This document shows, one piece after another, positions 1 to 14,885 of a stretch of DNA of 64,000 nt. This stretch comes from the human T2T-CHM13v2.0 reference genome, Homo sapiens. Positions within the stretch are counted from its first letter, which is position 1. Each line of letters begins with the position of its first letter. The notes under the pieces are model-generated. The model saw only the letters and a list, made by a program, of their open reading frames with translations, had not been told where the DNA came from and did no database searches. Position numbers and translations under genes: made by a program. Location: the NCBI RefSeq assembly GCF_009914755.1, contig NC_060934.1, one strand, 5' to 3'.

Positions 1-3000
1 GACAATTCAGGAATTCTACCTACCTTCCCAGTGATCCCTTAGACAGGCTTTTAATGCTTTACCTAGGGCCTAAAATGTTTACAAATTTGCTAAAAGACCT
101 AGGTTAAAAATGGATTAATTTCTAGAGACTGAAATTCCAAAGAAAGAAAACCAGGAAAAAAAATAAATCTAAATCACAACAACAACAAAAAGAAAAATCA
201 GCACATGACTTTTGTTCTTAAAATAATTTTTAAGATTATGTTTGCTAAATGTACTATTAAGCCAAGTAAAAGAAATCAATGTAAAAAATCTAGAAGTAAA
301 ACAGAAGGCTTATGAATCACATCACTACATCAAGAATATTTCTTTTTCAGCATTGTATTTTTTGCACATATGGAAAAGAGAAAAACAAATATGAAAATGT
401 AAATCTAAGAGTTACCAAGTAAATATCTCGGTTTCACCATAAGTGATATATAAGATGTATATCCTTTTAAAGTGGTTTGACTTTTCAACTTTTTTAATGT
501 ATTTAAAAAATTAAAAAAATATGAAAGACTGGGTCCAGATATGCAATGATACTAATAGTGATAAAAATATATATTGAACAATGTCAGATATATTCATTTA
601 GTTCCATGTGTATCAATTAAAAAAATCATATCTCTCCTTGAAAAATATAGAAATATTACTAACCTTCCTTTTATATTTTGGAAAATTTGTTTATTTCTAA
701 TTCCCTAAGTACTTTTCTTTTTATTCAGATCAAACACTCTTCTCTGAATCTTTTTCCTCCTTGAAGCATTTGGATATAAGTCTGTAGAAGGCAGTTTTTT
801 CAGGGGTGACTTACTTGATGAAACACAAAAGAGGACAACTGTCCCCACTAAAAGATAATACCTGAAACAGGTCAAGCATTTTATGCAGATTGTGACTTGG
901 AGCACCCATTCAATAAGAACAACAACAAAATAACACTACCATGATTTCAAAGCAAGCTTGAGAGGTTGGCAGTAAGACAGTAGCATCAGCAATATAGTAT
1001 GTGAAGCAAACCACACTTCCCCAGAAACTATTTAAAATTAAAATTATAAAAAGCATGACTTAAAATAATTTCCAAGTTCTTTATGAAGCAGTTAGCTAGA
1101 GACAATGCATCGCATCAAATGCCTATATCAATAAAACTTAACATAATTTGATTATAAAACATAATTTAAAAATCTAAAAAAAATTCAACAGAATAGGTTG
1201 AAAGAAAGCAGAAGGAAGTAATGACAAAAATAAAAGCAAAATTTAATAAGGTATAAATCGGCAAAGTAACAATTCCAGAAGCTGCCTCTTAAAAAACAAA
1301 ACACTTAGCTACCCTAATTAAAAAGTGAAAGAGAAGAAAGTGCTAATACACAATATTTGAAATTATAAGGTAAAATGTCATGTAAAAAAAGAAATTTTAT
1401 AAAAACATAGAAAACAACTTTTCTAACAATTTGCAAATGTGCTTGAAAATCCAAGAAATTAATAATTTTGTAGGAAAATAAAATTTACCAAATTGTCTTC
1501 AGTAGAGGCAGAGTCTTAAAAAATTCTCAAAAAGAGAAGAAATAATGAATATAGTCAAAAAGTCTCTCCATATTATATTTTTCTAGAACAAATCAACAAA
1601 ACTATTCAAGAATAGACAATCTCAAACTATCCACATCACAGAAAAGGAAAGAACTATCTAATCATTTCCATGAAGTGAGCATGACTTTAATTTGAAAATA
1701 TGACAAATATTTCACAAAAAAATCTTAAATTCTAATTTAAAATATAAAATCTGATTTTTGATTATAATACTGTAAAAATATTGCAATTTTAGCATTAAAA
1801 TATTAAATAATTTTAAATAGCAAAAAGAATAAAATAATTATGTTTAATAATCAAGAATGAAAGGGTGTTTTAATATTATGAAATATATTAATATAATGAA
1901 TTATATTAAAGAAATACAGGGATAAGCATATTGCTATTTCCATGGTGTCTATCTATCATTATGTATCAAACTACTTCAAAACTTACAAAACAACCAATTT
2001 ATTATCTCATGATTGTGTGGGTCAGAAATATAGTGCAGGACTTTGTTGGAGAATATATCAATTCTTCATATCATTGACTATGATCACTCAGGGTATTCAT
2101 CTCATATCTGGGCTGGTCTGGAAAATATTATGACAATTTCACTCATATAACTGGTATATTGCCATAAAGAAGATTGACAGCGAATCACCCGGGTGCCATT
2201 CATTTCCTGTACCTCTCTAGGCATTCTCCCCAGGAAAGTAACTACATTTTCTTCACTGTGGCTTAGAACTGCCATCCTCTAAAATACTAAGCCTAGAAAC
2301 TGATAAAACATTATTTCTATTGTAATCAATTAGCCAAAGCAGTCATATAATAGTTTAGGTTCAAAGGAAGGGAGCTTAGACCCCACGTCATTAAAGAAAA
2401 CCAAATATTTGTCATCATTTTTATTTCCTGCAGAGGTAGACTATGCATTTAAAAATAATAACAGAAATTTAACAAGAGTTTTAAAAAATAACTGTGTTAA
2501 AGTTAGGAATTAGACATAGATGCTGCCATCTTCACTATTACTGTATTACTCTATTAGCCAATACAATAGGCAAAAGAAAGCAAGTAGAGTCCTAATAATT
2601 AAAACAAATATATTTATTTGAAAATTATATTGTTATAGGTGGAAAATTTAAAAGAATATGTGGAAAAACTAAAATCAGCAAGAGAATTTAATGAATTCAT
2701 TTATAAGATCAACATACAAATATTAATAGCCCTCATGTATATTAAAAAAAACAGAATACATAATGAAGAGCAGACCCCATTTGCAATGGCAAAAATTTTT
2801 AGAGGTAAGATAAAATGTCATGTATACATTGAAAAAATCTAAAACTTACAAAAAGAAACTCTAAAATATTGAAAAAACATACACAAGATAATACATTTTG
2901 TAAAATGAAAAAAATTACCATTTTTTTGACAAAAGACTTAAAGTTATAAAGATGTTAAACATTCTCCACATTAACTTATAATAAATATATATAATTATAG

Positions 3001-3470
3001 TTTATTATTTATAAATTTTGTTCTCTAAATTAAAAACATTACTGGGTTTCTTATTTACTACAGCAAAACAAAGTGATTATTAGGTTCACGTGGAGGAACA
3101 ACCAAGGCAAGAATAGCTAGAAAAATACTGCAAAAAAAGAACAACAATGAGAAGGGAGAAGGTCTTACCACTATTCAAACACTGTGACATGGTATATAAA
3201 GGAACAGAATAGAAATCCAGATATTGATTCAATTTTGTATGGAAATAAATCATAAAAAGGCAACATGTTAAATAAATAGTAAAAAAGAATTACTTTAAGT
3301 TGTTCTGTGATAAACAACTATTTTTAAAAAAACTAATAATATACAAATGTCTGAAAGCTTAAAATTATACCAAAACAAAAAGATAGCAGAAAAATTATTC
3401 TTTTTTATATTACACACAAGAATATATTCTCAATGGATTGAGAATATGAATGTAAAAATTAAAGCAGAGA
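1..3470 (+). mobile_element. Highly decayed old LINE-1 (L1M-type) ORF2-region fragments, interrupted by an MLT1 LTR
   Basis: Strongly A-rich plus strand with L1 ORF2-like phrases (ttataagatcaacatacaaatattaatagc ~2701; ggaacagaatagaaatccaga ~3201); no intact ORF; boundaries approximate. Confidence 0.7.
1943..2432 (-). mobile_element. Old MLT1-family MaLR LTR
   Basis: tatctatcattatgtatcaaactacttcaaaactta...tttattatctcatgattgtgtgggtcagaaat resembles the reverse strand of an MLT1 LTR 3' end. Confidence 0.7.
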
Positions 3471-3479
3471 TTTTCTTTT

Positions 3480-4051
3480 TAGTACCTCATTGAAATCTCC
3501 TAGTATAAAACACACCAGGAAAAACAACTGAGAAAAATTGTTTAGGAAAGTATCATAGGCAGTAGATAGTATAACACACAGATCACTGAAAGAAGACAAT
3601 ATTACAAATGGGCATCATAACTGCCTAGGAAAAGTTACATAGCTGCAGCACAGTGAGCTGGATGCCAGGCTCAGAGCCTGTTGTTCCTGTAGAGCTGCAA
3701 AAGCAGTCATAGGGTTTGGGGGAGCTAACATAGCTCTAATCTATCGGGAACAAAGTGGAGAGGAGGACACTGGATGTGTGAGGGTCTGAGAACTGTATGT
3801 GAAGGGTCTTCATGAAACCTTGAGCAAGGGTTGTGCTGAGCACATGCAAGGTACAACTAAATGAGGCTTACTAGGAAGTATCTGCTATTGGGATGGGATT
3901 GGAAATATCAGAGATCTAACTCAACTGAGACTTTGTTAACATGTTAACATCACAGACATCTAAATGAAATACCAGAAGGCTGTACCTTAGAAGTATGAAC
4001 CACACCCTACAATAGGGCCTACTCTAGATCCTCCTTAAACACACACACACC

Positions 4052-4096
<45 letters not shown>

Positions 4097-5240
4097 ATGG
4101 AAGAAAAAAAAAAACTTCTGGTAAAATGTTATGGGGAGAAAATGGTTGGGAATCCTCTAAAGTTAAAGGATATTAGAGAAAACACTATTTCTACACTTCT
4201 ACCCTTTAAAAAGCTCAAAGACAAGGCTACACAAGTTTAAGGCGACATGCCAAAAACTGAAATACCTATTAAAGCAAAAATAAATGTACTTCAGAGAAAG
4301 TTACTAGAATCTAGAATCTCCACAAATCAAGAATGCCCAATATACCATAAAATATGGCAAGACATGCAAATAAACAGGAAAATGTGACACTCATCAAGAA
4401 CAAAAGCAGTCAACAGAAATGGACCCTAAGATATCTGAAATATATTTAGCTGATAAAGATCTAAAAACGTGTTATAAAAAGGTTTAAAGAAGTAAAAAAA
4501 ATTAAAGAAAAAATTAAATATAATCTTAATGAGTGAATTAATAAGGGTCCTAGGCAGAGAAATAGTACCTATAAAAATGAACCAAATAAAATAAATTCAG
4601 AATGAAAAACTATAATACATTTTTAAAAATTCACTGGATAAGATTAATAGTACGTTGGAGAAGACAGAAGAGTAAGTAAACTTTGAGATCAACAAAATGA
4701 TCGAATGTGTCAACAAAGAATTCAATCCTGTACTCACTGAAAGTTTTCTTTAAAAATGAGGGTGATGGGATTTTTTTCAGACAAATTAAAGTTGTATACT
4801 TGCACTACAAGAAATGCTAAAGCATGTTCTTCAGATTGAAGGGAGGTGATACCAGGTAGAATCTCGATCTACAGGGGAAATAAAAGAAGAGCATATAAAA
4901 TAGTAAATAAGAAGGTAAATGTTGATGATATTGCTTTTATCTTATCATAATTTTCCTAAAAGGCAATAAAATAGCTCCATATATCTGAGTGTACAATATA
5001 TAGAGAAGTAGAAAATACAACAAAAAGCAAAAAGACAGAGATATTCGGGTAAATGGAAAGACACTTGACATTGTTGAATATAGGAGTAAAAAATAGAAAG
5101 TAGCAAATTGAAGTGCTAGGTAGAAAGTGTGAAGGGTCAAGTGTGAAATGAAGAAAAGACATAATGTACCTAGGGATAAACTTAAAAAGAAAAGCAGAAA
5201 GAGACAAAAAGCATCATTCTTTTGACTGCCTGATGTATGT
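3480..5240 (+). mobile_element. Old L1 5'UTR/ORF1-region fragment
   Basis: GC-richer 5'UTR-like part, then ORF1-like phrases (aaacaggaaaatgtgac, aaaattcactggataagattaatag, cactacaagaaatgctaaagcatgttcttcag). Confidence 0.65.
4039..4094. repeat. (CA)n microsatellite, one interruption
   Basis: Direct reading. Confidence 0.95.
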
Positions 5241-5246
5241 GACTAT

Positions 5247-5679
5247 TGCATTAGTCAAGTCTCTCCAGAGAAACAGAACCCACTGGATGTGTGTCTCTTT
5301 GTATATTTCTCTATCTTTCTCTTTCTCCTTGTCTCCTTTCTCTCTTTCTCCTTCTACACACACAGACACACACACACACAAATATTTATTATGAGGAATT
5401 GGAATTGGATCATGTAATTACGGAAGCTTGCAATTCCAAAATAATGCAGTGTGGGGGACCAGGGAGAGCTGATGGTGCAGATCAAGTTCAAAGGTGGTAG
5501 GCTAGAGAATTTCTTCTTGCTCTGGAGGCCACGGTTTTTGTTCTGTTCAAACCTTCAACTAATTGGATGAGGCTCACTCACATTAAGGAGGGAATCTGCT
5601 TTATCCAGAGTTCACCAATTTAAATGTTAATCTCATCTAAAGACATCCTCCAAGCTGACATGTAAAATTAACCTTCACA
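5247..5679 (-). mobile_element. MLT2-family (ERV-L) solo LTR
   Basis: tgcattagtc..ctccagagaaacagaacc start and aaaattaaccttcaca end; perfect 5-bp TSD ACTAT (5242-5246 and 5680-5684). Confidence 0.9.
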
Positions 5680-5689
5680 ACTATTTTCT

Positions 5690-6650
5690 TTAAGTTAATG
5701 CACTAAATTTATTACAATTCCAGTTAAAACACTGCTAGAATAATTGGAATTATATAAGCCAATATTAAAGTTCATATGGAAAATAAATAGCAAGAATTTC
5801 CAGGGAAATTCTAAAAATAGAGAGTAATTAGAGGTGACAATTTCTCCCAGATATAAAATATGTTTGGAAGACACCAGTGAGTTCCTGGTGAAAAATCTGG
5901 TAAACAAGTCAAAAATAGTATAGAAAAAATCTGAAAATTCATAGAAAATGAATAAAAATGTATCTTAATAAGAACAAGTCCCATCCTATCCACAATAAAA
6001 TAAATGCATATAAAACTACATTGAGATATAATTTTTATCTATTACATTGAGAAAAAACAAATAACTGATAGCACAATACATTGGAAATGACGTAGGAAAA
6101 TAGGCACTATTATGTATTGCAAATGATAATGCAAATTAGTAAAATTTCTACAAAAAGCAATTTAGCAACATTTATCAAAATCACAAATAAACATGCTATT
6201 TGACAAAGCAATTTCCCTCAGAAATGTATCATTCATATTTATTTAACATATATGCATTATCACTTGTAAAATCAATAGAAAACTAGAAAACTTAAGGTTC
6301 ATTAATTGTTTAATAAATATGTTATATAAAACATAACACTATATGACTTTTTAAAAGACTAAGAAAAGTCTATATAAACTATATTCAAGATATATCAATT
6401 GAACAAAATAACAAAATGTAGACCAGTGCATAATATATTATTCTACCATTTGTTTGTATAAGGGAAAATAAATACATATACATTTACTTGTTGATGAATA
6501 GAATATCTATGAAAGAATGTATAAAAAAGTGATATTATGTGTTGCCTTTATGGGTGAATAAATGGTTGGACAGCAAAGGAGAGAAGATTTTCACTAAATT
6601 AATTTCTTGCACAAATAAATCTAAAATATTTAAATTATTAAAATGTTAAA
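5690..6650 (+). mobile_element. Old L1 ORF2 3' end/3'UTR fragment
   Basis: aaagttcatatggaaaa, gcaatttagcaacatttatcaaaa, tttgacaaagcaattt are typical L1M 3' phrases. Confidence 0.7.
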
Positions 6651-7405
6651 ATTAGAATATCTTATCAGCCTCATACTATGATGCGACTTGCAACTTCAAC
6701 ACATGGGCACATATGAAAATTATTTTTGTAGGCTCTAATGATTATGTATAGTATAGGTTTTTTTTTAATTTTTCAGTCTCCATTTTAATATTTTCCTTTG
6801 TTTTGTTCAGTTTGAATGTTTCCAATTAAATTTATGTAATTTCCTGTTCACAATCTTATTACTTACCTCTATTTTCTTAGTTTTTAAGTGTCTGTTTTGC
6901 TCATTAGTTCGATTTTCTGTTACCCTCAGTCAAGTTTATTTCTTACTGAATAGAAATGACGTGTCTTGTTTTATTTCTCATCTTTAGTAAGCACAATTGC
7001 CATCGGTTATCCCCCAACTCCTCAGCACCCCACCCAACCCCGGACCTCATCACCAGGGTTGTCCTTTAAGGTCTTTATACTTCAGTCTACCACAAGTCAT
7101 GCATCAAATCCCTCTGGTAAATCATGTGATTGTCCCTCTGCATGGTCAAGGCAAACCTAGAATTTCTTCAGTAGTGCTGCTTTGAGAAAAGATTCATAAA
7201 ATTATATAAACATTTTATAGTGTGTACTTAATAAGAATAGTCATCTATCTAAAATACATACAATCTAAAGTGATATCTATTGTTTCCTTTATCTGTTCTC
7301 CTGTTTTATTTCTTAATTATAATTCATTTAAACCAACATAGCCTAGTTATTTTTAGTTAGAGATGAATTTGCTTTGATGTGATTTTTTTTCTTTTTCTGC
7401 AATGA

Positions 7406-7652
<247 letters not shown>

Positions 7653-7702
7653 AGAAAGTACTTTTCGAGAAGTTTCATATAGATTCTTTTCCTGTTGCTT
7701 AG

Positions 7703-7840
7703 AAATAGATGGCAGTTATTCAGAGAACCAGAGAAACTAAAGTGTGTACATTTCCCAGTCAAAAAAAAATACGATAAAAATATTGACTATGAGCAGATAT
7801 ATTGTCTGGATTGTCTGTTAATTATCCGTGTTCACATGCA
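7703..7840 (+). other. Candidate 138-nt internal exon (stop-free in phase 2-2)
   Basis: Acceptor ttcttttcctgttgcttag and donor gca|gtgagt in non-repeat DNA; reads NRWQLFREPEKLKCVHFPVKKKYDKNIDYEQIYCLDCLLIIRVHM; protein not recognised. Confidence 0.35.
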
Positions 7841-8350
7841 GTGAGTAATATTTGGCACATTTTTTTCTACATTCCTTATTTTCATCCAGAGTATAATTAA
7901 TGTCTTAATATACCAGAAAGAAAAACCGCTGTCCTATATATTTTTGAAGGAATGAAAGCTGAAAACAGGGTGTGAAAATGATTTGTTTACCTTGGTCCAA
8001 AGCAAAATCTCTTTAATTTTTCCAGCTGCATTGCTGCAGTAATTTGAAAGCCTGAGCATATCTCCCAGTATCATTGAAACAAAACTGGAATTAAGATACA
8101 ACCCACTCAATCCATATCATAAAGTAGTCAAGGAAATGCTGATGATGGTTGAACCATTGAGAGTTGGTTGAATTTTATGAATTAATGGCATATATATCAT
8201 CAACAATTATGCAGATAATAAACTGATTCTGTTATGCTTAAACAAAAAAAGGGGCTTGCCCTAAAAATATGCCATTTGAGATATTATCTTTTCTTTTACT
8301 TCGTGCCTAAAACACGGATATAGGTGGGAAAAAGAAGAAGACTGTCACAC

Positions 8351-9137
8351 TGATACAGAAGCGGGCAGGGAAGTGTTGGGTAGAGAAAGGCAGGTCCCCT
8401 GGCTAGGGTTCCACCCCTGGGCCTATACCCACAGACCTAGGTGAGGACAGGCACTCCTGCCTTCATGCCCAAATGTTGCATTTTCCAAGACCACCCTGCT
8501 TGCCATGCCCCCATCCTGTGCCTATGGAAACCCCAAGACCCTAGCGGGCAGAGACATGAGCAGCTGGACATCCAGAGGAACACATCAACTAAAGAAGACA
8601 CAAGGGGCTGGATGTCAGAGCATGTTAGCAGAAGAGCACACCAACAGGCCCGAAGGCCATCGACTGGTGGAATGATGCATACTTTGACCAGGGTGGTCAG
8701 ACGAGAGTTCGTGCTGCTGAGCGGCCCAACTCCAGGGGAAAACCATCTCCCTTCTGGCTGCCCCATCTGCTGAGAGCTACTGTCACTCAATAAAACTTTG
8801 AACTCATTCTCCAAGCCCATGTGTGATCTGATTCTTCTGGTACACCAAGGCAAGAAACCCTGGGATACAGAAAGCCTTGTCCTTGTGATAAGACAGGTGG
8901 TCTAATCGAGCTGACTAACACAAGCCAACTATGGGTGGCTAAACTAAAAGAGTACCCTATAACACACGCTCACTGGGGCTTCAGAAGCTATAATTCACCC
9001 CTGCACGCCCCCATGGGGTCAGAGCCCCACAGCCTTACCCATTTGCATGCTCCACGCAGAGGTTTGAGCCACAGGGCACTGAAGAAGTAAGCCAGACCCC
9101 CACTGCATGCTCTATGAGGGGGATAAGAGAACTTTCA
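8351..9137 (+). mobile_element. LTR1-family ERV1 solo LTR
   Basis: TGATAC...TTTCA termini, AATAAA at ~8788, LTR1-like 5' sequence, 4-bp TSD ACAC (8347-8350 and 9138-9141). Confidence 0.85.
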
Positions 9138-9509
9138 ACACCAATAACCTAAAATGTGAAATGTGTGAGCTAGATGGACCACTTGGATTCTACAAAAGTG
9201 TAGTTTGAATACACCATTTTCTGGTTGACGTATGTTAATTTGAAACACTTGGCACTGCAAGGAAATCTTCACTTCCTGCAAGTGTCTCTGTTTTGAATAT
9301 TCTGAGTAGCCTAGTACTGTCTTTATATCTTTCAGGAGAGTGTCTTGCTGTCTGTGTGTGTATTTGAGAGTGGAAGTGTGTGTTTGAGATGGGAAGAGGG
9401 CTAGGCCATCTAGTGATGGTTCTCTGGGATACCAACAAAGTAAATACTGAAAGAAAGGAAATCAGTGGAGCCAAAGGCCAAGGAGAACCTGAGGTCAGTG
9501 AAGTGAACA

Positions 9510-9775
9510 TGTGTCTTACCTACAACCTAGCAATTCCAATTCTAGGGAGGTAACTAGGGACATTTTGACATAGGTACACAGGAGACCAGCACTAGAAATG
9601 TTCATGGCAGCATTTTTTGTAATACCTCAAAACATGCAAACAACCTAAATGTCATCACTATTAGAATAAACAATTTAGCATATATTCATTCAGCAAATAC
9701 TATGCACAGTGAAAATGGATCCACAAGCTATATGTGTCAACTGTGATGAATCCTAAAAATGTAATATTAAGAATG
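9510..9775 (+). mobile_element. L1M 3' fragment
   Basis: acctagcaattccaattctagg...aatgttcatggcagcatt...aaacaacctaaatgtc. Confidence 0.75.
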
Positions 9776-9783
9776 AAGCACGG

Positions 9784-10388
<605 letters not shown>

Positions 10389-10654
10389 GCAATTTAGATA
10401 TAACTCAAAAGAAAGACTAATGTAAAATTAATTAGAATGACTGCTTTTGGAAAGAAATTGTAAGGAATATGATGAGGGAAGGGTAGAAAAAGGTTTTCAA
10501 AGTGCAGTAAATATTTGATTTTTTAACTTGGGTAGAGAAATGTTTGCTATATACAAAATGTAAATTGCATACAAAATATAAAACACTGTTATTGGCTCTC
10601 TTTTATTGAATATTGTCACAGAAATTTTGTAACTTATTTTCCCAAAGCATCTGG

Positions 10655-10800
10655 TACTACTATTATTCCCTTTTATGTAGAAGCAACCTTAGGCACATAT
10701 TAACCCAGCCAAGGTCACACAGAATAAATTATCCAAGATAGCATGGCTAGCAAGTTTCAGATCTGGGATTTAAACCGTGGTAATCTGAGTGCAGTGCAAA
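10655..10800 (-). mobile_element. MIR fragment
   Basis: tattattcccttttatgtagaagcaac...ccaaggtcacacag...ctgggatttaaacc. Confidence 0.55.
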
Positions 10801-11329
10801 TTTTACTCTCTATATAGTGCTACTGTACACATTTCCTTATCTAAGCACATGCATGATTTTAATGTGGCTAAAATCATATTAAATTCTGCATTTTATCTGT
10901 AACATTGCATTCAGGGATTGTCTGTCACCCATGCATTTTCTGTGTCAATGGGTATGGTTAAATACTCATTGAAAAGCATATATTTTAATGGTTAATATTT
11001 TATCCTATAGTTGTGCCATACTTTATTTAAAGCCACCTAAGTGTTTATTTCCAATGTTTCAATATAATAGTTTCAAAAATATTCTTGAATATGTTCTTTC
11101 TTTTCAATAAAAAATACAAACGTAATTTTAAAACATTCTCATTGGTCTCTAAAAAGCCCATATCAACTGACATTTCCATTAGGTATTTATGAGAGAATTA
11201 GTATTTTGAAAATTGGACACATCATCATCATATAACATTGCTGCTTTCATCTGCATACATTTAATAAGCAAGGGGTTTGGATTTTTATGTGCATTTTGAT
11301 AAATAATTTTATTTTTATAATATTTTAGT

Positions 11330-11341
11330 TTTCTTTATTTT

Positions 11342-11373
<32 letters not shown>

Positions 11374-11513
11374 AGAGAGAGGATCTCACTCTGTCACCCA
11401 GCTGGAGTGCAGAGACACCCTCACTGCAGATTTGAACTCCTGGGCTTAAGCAATCCTCCCATCTCTGCTTTCCAAGTAGCTAGAAACACAGGCTTGCCCC
11501 ACCATGCCCAGCT
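11330..11513 (-). mobile_element. Alu right monomer (AluJ/FRAM-like)
   Basis: poly(T) followed by antisense right arm only. Confidence 0.85.
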
Positions 11514-11845
11514 TTCTTTTTTGCAATAGCTAAGTTAGTATTTGTTTTAGTGCCAGGTAAGATAATTTAGTATAAAAAAGATTATGGTTATTTGTCATGT
11601 TGGTCTAAAGGTTTTGTTATTCTACAGGTACCTTTTAATTTTATTTTTGACCTAAAATGTTTTAAAATTTTTCGTGAGTGTGTGGCCTTAAAACTACTAA
11701 TATGTTTAGGAAACTATTAATTTGTGTGGGAAATATATTTTGTGTTTTCTACCACAAAAATCATATACAAACACCATTTTTTCTTCTTTATATGTTTTAA
11801 AATTATTAATTATTATACCTGCATCTTATTTTTGGTCAGATATAA

Positions 11846-12201
11846 TGCTACAGTCTGAAAGTTTGCCTTCCCCTCTCCCAAATTCATATGAAATTTTAAT
11901 CCTTGAGGTGATGGTGGCATTAGGAGATTGGGCCTTTTGAGAGCTGGAGGGTAGAGGCCTTAGAATGAAATTAGTGCCCTTATAAAGGAGACACCCGAGA
12001 ACTGACGTGCCCTTCCACCTTTTTGAGGGCAGTGAAAAGACTCCATTTATGAAACAGGAAATGAGCCCTCATCAGACACTGAATCTGCCGGCACATTGAT
12101 CTTCGACTTCTGCCTTCAGAACCATGAGAGGTAAATTTCTGTTGTTTATAAGCCAGCCAGTCCATGGTACTTTGTTGTAGACACCCAAACAATCTAAGAC
12201 A
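11846..12201 (+). mobile_element. MLT1A-type MaLR solo LTR
   Basis: tgctacagtctgaa..aaattcatatg..ttagtgcccttataaa..ctaagaca. Confidence 0.85.
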
Positions 12202-12449
12202 GATGAGTATATCACTTTTTTTTCCAAAATCGTTTCCTAATTTTCGGAAAGTTTTCAATATTTCTTGTATTTAATTAATTTGGAATATATATATATATAT
12301 ATACTGCCATCCTTTTATTCTATCAATTCTTACACCGTTGATTTCTAAATCATTTACTTATCTATCAATGTTTGTACTAATACAACATTGTTTTTCAATA
12401 TATACAAAAAGCAAATATCTTTACAATTCTATTTGAAAAAGATTTCTAG

Positions 12450-12800
12450 ATTTCAATATTACTCTCTTCTCTACAAATTTAGTAGCAATATCAATTACTT
12501 GGACCATTGCAATGAAGTCCTGACTGGCTTATTCACTTCAGCAGTATCCTCCATTGTCAATATTTCACCTAGCAGCCAGGGTGATTCTTAAACATGTCAA
12601 TCATATCATTTCACAGTTTAAATAATCTAATAGCTTCTTTTTGATTTTATAATTTAAAGTTTTCATGGATTATTCATTTCTACAGAATCTGGACACCCCA
12701 TTTGGTCCCCAGTTTTGGCCTAATTCTCCATATCTCTCATTTTGTTTTAGCTACTTCAGCCTTCTTGATATTCTAGGGACAAATCAAGTATAATTCTCTC
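12450..12800 (+). mobile_element. L2 fragment
   Basis: cttggaccattgcaat...gcagccagggtgattcttaaacatgtcaatcatatcat. Confidence 0.55.
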
Positions 12801-13745
12801 TATAGAAATATTATTGGAATTTTTGCATCATTTTCAATCTTAAAATGATGTTGGTATTAACTAAAAATAATATTGCCATTGCTTTCCAGTTTCTAAATAA
12901 CAAAAATTATAAAACAACTTTATGTTTTTCAATAGCCTTACACATGGACTTAGATAAAAATTGAGCCTTTTGAACATGAAGAGTGGTGTCATATTGCTTG
13001 CTGATGAAAACATCTATATTGTAGCCTCTGGGTCAAAAATTGATCACAAAAATGTGATCTTCTAGGGAATTTGATAGTGACTGCAAGCTCATTTGATAAG
13101 CAGGGACTGGATAAGCCCAGGCACACGCTTCAGTTCAAGAGTCTTGGGGAAATTAGCTATATCCCATCCCTAACCCTCAATTTTATTGTAGCAAAAACTA
13201 CAATGGAAAAACAACCAATTGTCACATCCTATCTGGGAAGGGCATTGTGTGGAATAAACAGAGAAGTCATTAGCTAGTCCAAGCACTTAGATTTTTTGTT
13301 TCTCTTTTTTAATCTTCAAGACAAACTGAAGACACAAAGAAGAGAAGTTATTATCAGGCTTTTTTTATAATTAAAAAACGTAACAGATAAATTTTCTATG
13401 CATGAAATCCCTTTATATTGAACATAAATTTTCTTGGACAAAAATCTTGGCTTTTAAGAAACATTAATAGCTATCTTTTTTCTTTTTGTTAACTAGAATC
13501 CATTTATAATTCAAGTTTTCATTCCACCAGAAGAAAGTAACTTAGTCTGAGTTAATTGAGTTATGTTTATTGTATACAAGTATCCACTCTTAGGACATCA
13601 CCTCTTCTAGGAATCAAAGCTAATTTCCTGGAGAGAATGGCTTACAAGGAGGACATTTTGTTTATCATCATTATCCATGCTGGTACTAGCTGGGCATCCA
13701 AGTTCCCATAAGTTCCCAAGTTCTCAGTTCAAAAGGCCCATGCAA

Positions 13746-14096
<351 letters not shown>

Positions 14097-14885
14097 CTAC
14101 ACAGTCACTTTAGACCTTATGCACTCTCAGTTAATTTGATACACCACTAGGGGACATGGAAAGTGTTTTATTGCCCTCCTGCTCTTCTCTGAGGCTGTGA
14201 GGAAATTTAAAACTATCAGCTCCCCATAATTTATATACACTGTATTATACTTTCTACTCTACTCCTCCGAGAGAGTCAAGTGTGTAGGAGTCCTTTCTTT
14301 GAAAATCCATTTGGGAATCTGGTCACAAACTCCATACAAATTAAGCCCCACAACTACCTCTCGGATTTTATTCTTCAACTCATCTATCTCTACCCCAGGA
14401 ATTAACCCTGGTACAGCAGGTTAGAAACCTTTTTCTCAGGCATACGTAGAAATGATTAACTTTTTGGGGGGCATGAGACTCCACATTTTCTACCCTTTCT
14501 CTGTTTGTTTGGCTATTACTGAAGTATTCTTGCTTAGTATTAATTTATAAAATACATTTATGTCCATAGCTATTCTAGGCTATGGCTTTTGTAACACAAA
14601 ATATGTTTTCTTGAGAAATAATGCTCTTTAGAAAAAATGATTTTCAAAATTCCATTGTGAAACTCAAAAACCAATACTTGATATGTTTTGTTCTATGCAT
14701 TTTTATATGGAAACTTTCATTGCATAAGCCAATTAATCATTCTTATCTGATAGAAAGAAACAAAAGGCAAGAAAAATGATTGTGAATGAAAAAGATGTCA
14801 ATAAAATAATTTCATTTAAAAATGAAACTATTGAAGAAAATAAAATCAAATGATGAAAGCTCCTATTTTTCAGTCTCTAGTAGAC

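Noticed and set aside
815-861. Minus-strand 47-nt pseudo-exon with GTAAGT donor
   Set aside because: Short pyrimidine tract, decayed L1 context, no supporting neighbouring exon
7914-8061. Two possible minus-strand mini-exons
   Set aside because: Weak donor, and the implied intron is only ~32 nt
8437-8853. 138-aa and 110-aa ORFs
   Set aside because: Entirely within the LTR1-family solo LTR
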